Shown here piece after piece: positions 31,277 through 40,273 of a stretch of 55,147 nucleotides of DNA; positions within the stretch are counted from its first letter, which is position 1; the number at the start of each line of letters is the position of its first letter. The stretch comes from an uncultured delta proteobacterium. Its GTDB lineage: Bacteria > Myxococcota > Myxococcia > Myxococcales > Anaeromyxobacteraceae. A program made the position numbers and the translations under genes. The stretch spans positions 1 through 55,147 of the forward strand of contig CAVYBH010000016.1 in the NCBI GenBank assembly GCA_963766715.1. The letters are read 5' to 3'. The notes beneath the pieces were generated by a model. It saw nothing but the letters and a program-made list of their open reading frames with translations, was not told the origin of the DNA and did no database searches.

Positions 31277-33205
31277 ATGAGGACAGCAACCTGGTCGTTC
31301 GCGGCTTCGATGGCGTTGAGCCTGTTCGTGCTTGGCTGCGGCGCTTCGAGCAACCCGAAAGGGGCTTCGGCTACCGCAGGCAGTGACGGGCGTGGCCACG
31401 GCGGACGCGCCCGTCACGTCCGTATCGCTGAAAGGCTCGGCGGAGTCGACGAACGTCCTGACGACGACACCGGACGCCGGTGGCGCGTTCAGCTTCGACG
31501 TCGCGGGGCTCACGGCGCCGTTCCTCCTGAAGGCCGATTCGCCCTCCGGCGCCGTGTACGGCGTCGCGGCCCAGGCCGGCGCGACCAGCGTCAACTCGCT
31601 CACGACCGTCGTGGTCGCAGCCTCCTCGAAGAGCGACGACGCCGAGAGGTCCTGGTCGGACCGCGAGTCGCGCACCTCCGACGACATCGAGCGGGTCCTC
31701 AAGAGCCTCCAGACGGTGCTGAAGCCCCTCTTCGACCTCTACGGGGTCACGCGAATCGACGACGACGACGCGAATCGTCCGCGCACTCCTCCAGGACGTG
31801 AGCTTCGTGGTGAAGGGGCGCATGGTCACGGTGACGAACAAGGCCACCGGGGCGATCATCTTCACCGCCCCGCTGAGGCGACCTCGCCTCCGGTACCTTC
31901 AACCCGGGCGAACATGCCCGCGGGGCCGGTGGGATCACCGCCGTCCAGCCTGCACCTACGCCTACTCGGACTGGGGCACCTGCCAGTCCGACGGGACCCA
32001 GACGCGCACCGTCACCTCCGCGACGCCCGCCGGCTGCACGGGCACGCCCGTCCTGTCGCAGGCGTGCGCGTACACGCCTCCGGCTCCCGCGGCGTGCCAG
32101 TACACGTACACCTCCTGGAGCACCTGCCAGCCCGACGGCACCCAGAGCCGCACCGTCGTCACGTCCGGCCCGGCTGGATGCACGGGCACGCCCGTCCTCT
32201 CGCAGACCTGCACCTACGTGCCGCCCCCGCCGACCTGCACCTCGTTCAACTACTCGGCCTGGGGCACCTGCCAGCCGAACAACACCCAGACGCGCACCGT
32301 GACGACCTCGTCCCCGACCGGCTGCACGGGCGGAACGCCGGTGGTCTCGCAGTCCTGCACCTACGTGCCGCCGGTGACGACCTGCACCTCGTTCAGCTAC
32401 TCGGCCTGGGGCACCTGCCAGCCGAACAACACCCAGACGCGCACCGTGACGAGCTCGTCCCCGGCCGGTTGCACGGGCGGAACGCCGGTGGTCTCGCAGG
32501 CCTGCACCTACGTGCCGCCGGTGACGACCTGCACCTCGTTCAACTACTCGGCCTGGGGCACCTGCCAGCCGAACAACACCCAGACGCGCACCGTGACGAG
32601 CTCGTCCCCGGCCGGTTGCACGGGCGGAACGCCGGTGGTCTCGCAGTCCTGCACCTACGTGCCGCCGGTGACGACCTGCACCTCGTTCAACTACTCGGCC
32701 TGGGGCACCTGCCAGCCGAACAACACCCAGACGCGCACCGTGACGAGCTCGTCCCCGGCCGGCTGCACGGGCGGAACGCCGGTGGTCACGCAGGCCTGCA
32801 CCTACGTGCCGCCGGTGACGACGTGCTCGTCGTTCACCTACTCGGCCTGGGGCGCCTGCCAGCCGAACAGCACGCAGACGCGCACCGTGTTGACCTCGTC
32901 CCCGGCTGGCTGCACGGGCGGGACGCCGGTCGTGTCCCAGTCCTGCACGTACACGGCGCCTTGCACGCTCGCGACGGCGACCCCGTCGTGCAGCACCTGC
33001 CACGGATCGGGATCGAACCCCTATCCGTCCTCGCACACGGGCAGGCCGCTCACCTGCGCGAACTGCCACGGCCCCGTCAACAACGGCACGGGGACTCCAT
33101 CGGTGGGGATGACCGCGAACCAGCACCGGCGGAGCGTGCGTCCTCGCCTACCCGTTCGGCGGCACGCACAACAACAACACGGTCAACCGCGGCGCAGCCC
33201 AGTAG
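31277..33205 (+). CDS. Lipoprotein with 7 Cys-rich thrombospondin-like repeats and a C-terminal two-heme c-type cytochrome (several frameshifts)
   Basis: AGGAG RBS; lipobox LFVLGC; beta-rich N-domain; 7 x CxxxxYSAWGTCQPNNTQTRTV...GCTGGTPVVSQxC; CSTCH (32989-33003) and CANCH (33055-33069); reconstructed tail GGACVLAYPFGGTHNNNTVNRGAAQ-stop. Confidence 0.75.
31951..32960 (+). repeat. Seven intragenic tandem repeats; units 3-7 have a 147-bp (49 aa) period
   Basis: CCTGCACCTCGTTC recurs at 32234, 32381, 32528 and 32675, with a diverged copy near 32822; units 1-2 are more diverged. Confidence 0.95.
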
Positions 33206-33310
33206 CCCAGTAGTTCCTCGCCCCCGAGGCGAGGCGTGAGACGTCACGAGGGGACATCCTGCCCGCGGAACGGGCCAGGGTGTCCCCTCTCTTCTTGGAC
33301 GCGTCCCGGC

Positions 33311-34069
33311 TCACCGGACGGGCCGAGGCGGCCGCCTGCGCGCCATCCGCTCGACCGTCCCGGGTGGGTGAGCTCGCGCCGCACGTCCCCCGCGATCCAC
33401 CGGGCCTGCGGCGACCCCTGTTCCCGGATCCGCTCCGCCGCGGCGAGCGCGGCCCTGCGAAGCGGCTCGCTCCGCTTGCCCACCTGGCGCAGCGCCCACG
33501 AGACCGCCTTCTTCACGAGGTTTCGCGGGTCGTCGGCGGCCGTCTCGCACGCGGCGAGGCAGGCGGCGAGCTCCGCGTCCGGCGCCTCGCGGTCGTGGAC
33601 GGCGCGCACCGCGAGCAGGACCAGGCCGGCACGGCGCGTGAACTCCGCGCGCCGGCGTGGCCAGGCAGCGGCGAGCGTCCGGACGGCCGGGCTGTCCCGG
33701 AGCAGGTTGTTGCAGAGCTGGTCGCAGACGTCCCAGGAGTCGACGTCCCGGATCCAGCGCTCCGCCTGGGCGGCCGTGACGAGCGCCGGCTCGCCGACGA
33801 GCGTGGCGAGGATCCGGGCCTCGTGGACCCCGCTCCGCCAGAGGCGGCCGGCGATCGCGTGCCGGAGTGGAGGATCCCGGTGGGCCCGGCGAAGCTCCTT
33901 CGCGAGCGCGCGGATGCGAGGAACGGTGCACGCCGAGGGCCCGGCCCGTCGAGATGCCGTAGCGGGCCATCCCGGCGACGTTGGCGGGCCTGCCCTCGGC
34001 CCGCAAGGTGGCCAGCGCGTCGTCGGCGATCCGGTCCGGCGAGCGGAGTTCGACCCGGCCCGCCCCCAT
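33311..34069 (-). CDS. DNA alkylation repair (AlkD-like HEAT-repeat) protein (frameshifts)
   Basis: NVAGMARYGI, LWRSGVHEARILA, DVDSWDVCDQLCNNL, EFTRRAG, DDPRNLVKKAVSWALRQVGKRS across frames; TGATG overlap with the regulator stop. Confidence 0.8.
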   Translation of the reverse strand: MGAGRVELRSPDRIADDALATLRAEGRPANVAGMARYGISTGRALGVHRSSHPRAREGASPGPPGSSTPARDRRPPLAERGPRGPDPRHARRRAGARHGRPGGALDPGRRLLGRLRPALQQPAPGQPGRPDARRCLATPARGVHAPCRPGPARGARRPRPRGAGRGARRLPRRVRDGRRRPAKPREEGGLVGAAPGGQAERAASQGRARRGGADPGTGVAAGPVDRGGRAARAHPPGTVERMARRRPPRPVR

Positions 34070-35466
34070 CACCCGCCCGTCTTGAAGTCGTCCGACCGGA
34101 GCCCGTGCTTCTTCAGGAGCCGGTGCAGGCTCTCCCGCTCCACGCCGGCGCGCGCGGCCGCGCGCGTGACGTTGCCGCGGAACTCGGTGAGGAGGGCCAC
34201 GAGGTACTCGCGCGACACCTTGTCCTGCGCCTGCTCCACGACCTCCCGGTAGGGCAGGGACGCCAGCACCGGCCCGGAGGCGTGGCCGGCGGGCGCGGTG
34301 AGCTCCGGAGGCAGGTCACGGGCCTGGATGACGGGACCGGGCGAGATGGCGACGGCCCGCTCGACCGCGTTCTCGAGCTCGCGAACGTTTCCGGGCCAGG
34401 CGTGCGATGCGAGGAGGCGCAGCGCGTCGGGGTCGAAGCCGGAGATGTCGCGACGCATGGCGCGGGCGTGCTTCTCCAGGAGGTGGGCGGCGAGCAGCGG
34501 GACGTCCTCGGCGCGCTCCCGGAGCGGGGGGAGCAGGATCGGGAAGACGTTCACCCGGTAGAAGAGGTCCTCGCGAAAGCGTCCCGCCTGCACCTCGGCG
34601 CGCAGGTTCCGGTGGGTGGCCGCGATGACGCGGACGTCCACCGGGATGGCTGCGTTGTCGCCCACCCGCCGGATCTCCTTCTCCTGGAGCACGCGGTTGA
34701 GCTTCACCTGCGTGGCGAGCGGCAGCTCCCCGATCTCGTCGAGGAAGAGGGTCCCTCCCTCGGCTTCCTCGAACAGGCCGGCCTTCGCGGAGACGGCCCC
34801 GGTGAAGGCGCCGCGAGCGTGGCCGAAGAGCTCGCTCTCGACCAGGTCGGGGGGCAGGGCCCCGCAGTTCACCGGCACGAAGCGCCGCTCCTTGCGCGAC
34901 GAGTGGTAGTGGATGGCGCGCGCGGCGAGCTCCTTGCCGGTGCCGGTCTCGCCTCCGAGGAGCACGGTGATGTCGAGGCCGGCGGCCTGCTCCAGCAGCC
35001 GGTACACGTCGCGCATCCGGTCGCTCTTGCCGACCAGGTTGTGGAAGGAATGGACCCCCTCCAGCTCGCGGCGGAGGCTGGCCGCCTCGTCCCGCAGGCG
35101 CCGGCGCTCCGCGGCGCGGGCCACGGTGAGCGCGGCGGCGTCGGGATCGAACGGCTTCTCGAGATAGTCGTAGGCGCCGAGCTTCATGGCCCGGACCGCA
35201 TCCCCCACGGTCGCGTAGCCGGTCATCATGACCACCTCGGTGGACGGGGAGCGCGCCTTCACCGCGGCGAGCACCTCGAAGCCCCCGGCGCCCGGCATGC
35301 GGATGTCGGTGACCACGACGTCGAAGTCCCCGGTGGCGACGAGGGACAGGGCGCGGGCGCCGTCGGACGCGGTGGCGAGGTCGTAGCCGTCGGCGAGGAT
35401 CTTCCCGAACAGCTTGAGGATGTTCTCCTTGTCGTCCACGACCAGCACGCGCACGCGACGGCTCAC
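34069..35466 (-). CDS. Sigma-54-dependent response regulator (NtrC family, CorR-like context)
   Basis: Receiver VLVVDD/TDIRMP, AAA+ [41 protein letters not shown], Fis-type HTH; GAGGAGG RBS. Confidence 0.95.
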   Translation of the reverse strand: MSRRVRVLVVDDKENILKLFGKILADGYDLATASDGARALSLVATGDFDVVVTDIRMPGAGGFEVLAAVKARSPSTEVVMMTGYATVGDAVRAMKLGAYDYLEKPFDPDAAALTVARAAERRRLRDEAASLRRELEGVHSFHNLVGKSDRMRDVYRLLEQAAGLDITVLLGGETGTGKELAARAIHYHSSRKERRFVPVNCGALPPDLVESELFGHARGAFTGAVSAKAGLFEEAEGGTLFLDEIGELPLATQVKLNRVLQEKEIRRVGDNAAIPVDVRVIAATHRNLRAEVQAGRFREDLFYRVNVFPILLPPLRERAEDVPLLAAHLLEKHARAMRRDISGFDPDALRLLASHAWPGNVRELENAVERAVAISPGPVIQARDLPPELTAPAGHASGPVLASLPYREVVEQAQDKVSREYLVALLTEFRGNVTRAAARAGVERESLHRLLKKHGLRSDDFKTGG

Positions 35467-36912
35467 GACGCCTCCTCGATCGGCCCCCGGGGAAGACGGA
35501 GCGTGAACCGCGCCCCCCCGCCGGCCAGGGTCTCGCCCAGCACGTCGCCTCCGTGGGCGCGGGCGACCGCCCGCGACACCGCCAGCCCCAGGCCCGTTCC
35601 CGCGATCCTTGGTGGTGAAGAAGGGCTCGAAGAGGCGCGCGGCGGCGGCCTCGTCGATGCCCGGACCGGTGTCCTCGACCTCCACCCGGACGACCGAGGG
35701 CTCCTGTTCCACCCGGACCGTCACCCGGCCCCCGGGCCCGGCGGCCTCGGCGGCGTTGCGGACCAGGTTGGCGAGCACCTGCCGCAGCTTGGCCGGGTTG
35801 CCCGGCGCCGACCCGGCGCCTTCCACCCGGATGAGCGCCTGCCCGGCGCCGGTGGCCTCCCGGAGCCGCCCCACCACCTCGTCGCAGACGTCGCGAAGGT
35901 CCACCTGCTCCCGTCCGGCCGGGAGCGGACGCGACAGGTCGAGCAGGCCTTCCACGATGTCCCGGGCGTGGACGGCCTCCTCCTCGATCACCTTCAGGTC
36001 CTCCGCCAGCGACCCGTCCGCCTTCTTCCGGAGCAGCCGCGTGTAGCCCAGGATCACCGCCAGCGGATTGTTGATCTCGTGGGCCACGCCGGCGGCGAGC
36101 CGCCCGATGCCCGCCAGCTTCTCGCTCTGCACCAGGCGGTCCTGGTGCTCCTCCAGCGCCGCGGTCATGGCGTTGAACTGGCGGGCCAGCGCCCCGAACT
36201 CGTCGGGCGTGGCCACGTCGATCCGCGTGTCGAGCTGGCCGGCGGCCAGCCGCGCCGCGCCCTCCTGCAGGCGCGCGACGGGGCGTGCGATGGACCGGCC
36301 GATGTACAGGCTCACGGCTCCGGCGAGCACCGGCGCACCCAGGAGCAGCACCCAGATCCAGGCCGAGGTCCGGCGCTCCACCGCCTCCACCTCGGCCCGC
36401 GCCGACGCGATGGAGGCCTCCGAGCGCGCGACGAGACCCTCGGTGAGATCCTGGATGCGGGTCACGACGAGCTGCGCCCGCGCGTGCTGCTCCTGCACGA
36501 AGGCCCGGTCGCCCCGGACGACGGCCGGAACGATGCTCTGCCGGAAGACGTCGTCCAGCTCGGCGCTGGCCTGCTCGATGCCGTCCACCGCGGCGCGGGC
36601 CTCGGGCGAGGCGGAGCGCGAACGAAGCTCCCGGGTCAGCTCCAGCACCTTTCGCTGCGACTCGCCGTAGAAGCCGAGGTGGCTCTCGTCGCCGATGATG
36701 ATCGTGTGGGCCTGATGGGCGTACTGATCGCGCACCGCGCTCGAGAGCTGGAGGGCGACCCGCACCTCGTCCTCCGCCCGCTTCATCCGCGCGACCGCGT
36801 CCTGCGTCCGGCTCAGGCCGGAGAGCGCCACCCAGGACGCCAGGCCGAAGATGGCGACCATGGCGCCGAAGCCGAAGAGCAGCCTCCGCGCGGTGCCGGA
36901 CCAGTTCGTCAT
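35463..36912 (-). CDS. HAMP-domain sensor histidine kinase with His-rich periplasmic sensor (CorS-like context; frameshift near 35600)
   Basis: Two TMs flanking QYAHQAHTII...SHL...EQHA; HAMP DEFGALARQFNAM; AHEINNPL; DTGPGI, FEPFFTTK. Confidence 0.9.
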
Positions 36913-37042
36913 GGGATCGTGACCGCCACGGTCACACTGTAATCCCCCGGGTGACCCGGTGTCGTGTTTCGGGGGAGGTTCCTGGGAGGCCGACTCCAGG
37001 GATTCCGCGAGGATGGGTGGGCAGGGGGAGGGTAGCCACGAG

Positions 37043-37058
37043 CGGCATGCTTGCTGCT
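37043..37058 (+). promoter_or_regulatory. Sigma-54 (-24/-12) promoter of the cupredoxin-cusCBA operon
   Basis: CGGCATGCTTGCTGCT = GG-N10-GC, ending about 33 nt before ATG 37091; divergent from a sigma-54 activator. Confidence 0.7.
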
Positions 37059-37090
37059 TTCGTGCCGGGTGCACCCTACCCGGAGAACCC

Positions 37091-37445
37091 ATGTCCCTTC
37101 GCACGGTCGTCCTCGCCGTCCTCGCCGCCACCTCCCTCTCCGCCTCGCCGGCCGCCGCGGCCGCTCCCGAGCCTCGCGACGCGCAGGTCGTCGCTGCTCA
37201 CGGTGACGAGCAAGGGATTCGAGCCGTCGGTGGTGAACGTGAAGGCGGGGAAGCCGGTGAAGCTCGTCGTGACGCGCAAGACGGAGCGCACCTGCGCCAC
37301 CGAGATCGTGATGAAGGACTTCGGCGTGAACCAGCCCCTGCCGTACGAGAAGCCGGTGACGGTCGTGGTGAGCCCGAAGGGTCCGGGCGCGTACCGGTTC
37401 GCCTGCGGCATGGACATGGTCGCCGGGGTCCTGAAGGTCCAGTAG
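37091..37445 (+). CDS. Secreted cupredoxin-domain protein, CupA-like (frameshift near 37190)
   Basis: Signal peptide MSLRTVVLAVLAATSL; VTSKGFEPSVVNVKAGKPVKLVVTR..RTCATEI...YRFACGMDMVAGVLKV. Confidence 0.85.
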
Positions 37446-37455
37446 GAAGGGTTCC

Positions 37456-38853
37456 ATGCTCGCCATCCTGGCTTCACTCGCCCTCGCCGCGGCTGGCGGG
37501 GCGCCCGCTGCCGGTCCGCTCGCCTCCGATCCCGCGGTGCGCGCGCTGGTCGACGAGGCCCTGAAGAACAGCCCGGAGATCGGGCGCGCCGACGCCTCCG
37601 CCCGCGCCGAGACCGACCGCGCGCCGCAGGTGAGCTCGCTGCCCGACCCGACGCTCACGCTGGGCATCCAGAACGACGGGTTCCAGTCGATCCAGATCGG
37701 CACCATGGAGACCTCGTACTGGCAGGTGATGCTGACGCAGCCCATCCCCTGGCCGGGGAAGCTCTCGGCGCGGGCCGCGACCGCCCGGGCCCAGGCGAGC
37801 GTCGCCGGCGGGGAGACCGCGCGGCTCCGGCTCGCGACCACGGCCGAGGTGGAGCGGGCCTACGTCGACCTCCTCCTCGTCCGCGGCCAGCTCGCGCTGC
37901 TCGAGAAGCTGGAGGTTCTCTGGCGGGAGGCCGAGGTGATGGCGAAGACCCGCTACGAGGTCGGGCAGGGCGCGCAATCCGACCTCCTGCGCGCCCAGCT
38001 GGAGCGGACCCGCCTCCGGCAGCGGCGCGTGGCGCTGGAGGGGGAGGAGCGCACCCGCCTCCAGGCGCTCAACCGGCTTCGCGTCCATCCGCTCGACGAG
38101 CCGATTCCCACGCCGCGCCCGCTCGCCGCCTTCGCCGACCCGGTGCTGCGAGCGGCCGACGAGGCGGTGGCCGATGCGGAGCGGCGCAGCCCCGACCTGG
38201 CCATCGCGGCGCTCGCCGTGCAGGCCGCCGACCGCCGGGTCGACTCGGCCAAGAAGGACTGGTTCCCGGATCTGGCCGTCACGGCGGGTGTCATGCCGCG
38301 GGGCCAGATCGAGCCCATGTGGACGGTGCAGCTGGGGATCACCCTGCCGATCTGGGGTGCGACCAAGCAGTCCAGGGGCGTGGACGAGAGCCAGGCCCGC
38401 CGCGAGGCCGACCTTCGCGGCGAGGAAGCCCTTCGCCAGCTGGTCCAGCTGCGCGCCCGGGAGCGACGGACCCTCGTCGTCGCCGCCCTGCAGACCCTGG
38501 AGATCTATCGCGGCGGCATCCTCGTCCAGTCGGACGCCACCGTGCGTTCCACGCTGGCCCAGTACCAGGTCGGGAAGGTCACCTTCCCTTCCGTGCTGGA
38601 GGTCCTGCGCGGCCTGGTCGTCGACGAGGGCGGCTACCTGGACGCGCTGGCCTCGGCGCAGCGGCTGGTCATCGCCGACGACGAGGTGAGCCTGGCCCCG
38701 CCCGACGGGCTCGCGGGGAGCGGGTCGGGCGGCTCCATGCCCGGCGCGGCCTCCGTGTCCACCGCGGGGCGCGCCTCGAGCTCGGGGGGCGCCGGTGGGG
38801 CGCCCCAGCCCGCCGCCGTTCCCGCCGCCACCGGCATGCCTTCCGGAATGTAG
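37456..38853 (+). CDS. cusC: TolC-family outer-membrane efflux protein
   Basis: LVDEALKNSPEI, LPDPTL, QPIPWPGKL, RYEVGQGAQSDLLRAQLE; first gene of the RND triad. Symbol assigned from context. Confidence 0.85.
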   Translation: MLAILASLALAAAGGAPAAGPLASDPAVRALVDEALKNSPEIGRADASARAETDRAPQVSSLPDPTLTLGIQNDGFQSIQIGTMETSYWQVMLTQPIPWPGKLSARAATARAQASVAGGETARLRLATTAEVERAYVDLLLVRGQLALLEKLEVLWREAEVMAKTRYEVGQGAQSDLLRAQLERTRLRQRRVALEGEERTRLQALNRLRVHPLDEPIPTPRPLAAFADPVLRAADEAVADAERRSPDLAIAALAVQAADRRVDSAKKDWFPDLAVTAGVMPRGQIEPMWTVQLGITLPIWGATKQSRGVDESQARREADLRGEEALRQLVQLRARERRTLVVAALQTLEIYRGGILVQSDATVRSTLAQYQVGKVTFPSVLEVLRGLVVDEGGYLDALASAQRLVIADDEVSLAPPDGLAGSGSGGSMPGAASVSTAGRASSSGGAGGAPQPAAVPAATGMPSGM

Positions 38854-38872
38854 CTCCACTGGAGATCCGACG

Positions 38873-40271
38873 ATGAGCGACACGAATCCCCCGGCCACCT
38901 CGCGCCGCTTCGGCGTCGGGACACTGGTGCTGGTGCTCGCAGCCGGCCTCGCCCTCGGCGGCGGGCGCGGCCTACTGGCTGGGGCGCGGCTCGCCGGCCC
39001 ACGACCACGCGGCCCCGTCCGCGGAGGCGAAGACCCGGTACACCTGCCCGATGCACCCGACCATCGTGTCGGACCACCCCGGCGAATGCCCGATCTGCGG
39101 CATGGCGCTCGTGAAGGTGGGTGGGGCCGGGGCGAGAGGAAGATCGCCTTCTACGCTCCCCGATGGACGCGAAGCAGACCTCACCGGTCCCGGAAGGACG
39201 AGATGGGGATGGACTACCTCCCCGTCCAGGAGGACGAGGCGAGCGGGCAGCCTCTCCGTCGACGGGCTCGCGACCGTCCAGATCGACCCGCAGCGGCAGC
39301 AGCTCATCGGGCTGCGCACCGCCGAGGTGACCCACGGACCGGTGGGGGCGAGCTGGAAGACCGTGGGCAAGGTCGCCGTCGACGAGACCCAGGTGCACCA
39401 CGTGAACATCAAGGTCGGCGGGTTCGTGGACACCGTCTACGTGGACTACGTCGGCAAGCCGGTGAAGCGCGGAGAGCGGCTCTTCTCCATCTACAGCCCC
39501 GATCTGCTCTCCGTCCAGCAGGAGTACCTGCTCGCGCTGCGCACGCGAAAGGCGCTCGCCGAAGGGGGCGTGGCCACCGGCGCCGGGGACGACCTCGTCG
39601 AGTCGGCGCGGGAGCGGCTGCGGCTCTGGGACATCCCGGAGAGCGAGGTGAGGCGGCTCGAGGAGACCGGCAAGCCCACCAAGAACCTCACCCTGTACTC
39701 GCCGATGACGGGCGTCGTGACGAAGAAGGACATCGTCATGGGGCACCGGCTGAACGAGGGCGACATGCCCTACGAGATCACCGACCTGTCCAGCGTCTGG
39801 GTGCTCGCCGACGCCTACGAGACCGACCTCTCCCGGATCCGGACCGGGATCCCGGCGACGCTCTCCCTGCAAGCCTTCCCGGGCAGGACCTTCTCCGGGA
39901 AGGTCATCTTCATCGACCCCATCCTCGATCCGAAGACGCGGACCGCCAAGGTGCGCCTCGAGTTCCCGAACCCGAAGGGAGAGCTCAAGCCGGAGATGTT
40001 CGGCGAGGTGACCCTCCAGACCGAGAAGCGCGAGGGGCTGCGCATCCCGGCCGACGCCGTCATCGACTCGGGGACGAAGAAGGTGGTCTTCGTGGCGATC
40101 GGGGAGGGCAAGCTGGCGCCCCGCGAGGTCCAGGTGGGACCCGTCACCGGGGACGCGGTGGAGGTGCTCTCCGGGCTCGAGGCCGGGGAGAAGGTGGTCA
40201 CCCGGGCGAACTTCCTCATCGACTCCGAGTCGCGACTGCGCGCCTCGCTGGCGGCGATGGGAGGGAAGTAG
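38873..40271 (+). CDS. cusB: RND periplasmic adaptor with heavy-metal-binding domains (frameshifts 38950-39250)
   Basis: YTCPMHP...PGECPICGMAL, SPMD...KDEMGMDYLPV, QQLIGLRT, YSPDLLSVQQEYL, LKPEMF, NFLIDSESRL. Confidence 0.9.
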
Positions 40272-40273
40272 CG

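Noticed and set aside
31951..32960. Tandem array as a CRISPR array or non-coding repeat
   Set aside because: The 147-bp period is a multiple of 3 with no unique spacers, it encodes a protein repeat, and no cas genes are present.
33280..36942. Long antisense or alternate-frame ORFs (1220 aa here; also 2683-4740, 9831-11999, 40900-43578, 49721-51895)
   Set aside because: Arg/Pro/Gly/Ala-rich shadow frames of real genes, expected at this GC content; they lack family motifs except where an indel briefly brings the real frame in.
34069..37131. 1020-aa hybrid kinase-regulator fusion
   Set aside because: An indel near 35600 joins them; the regulator has its own GAGGAGG RBS and a GTGA overlap with the kinase stop.
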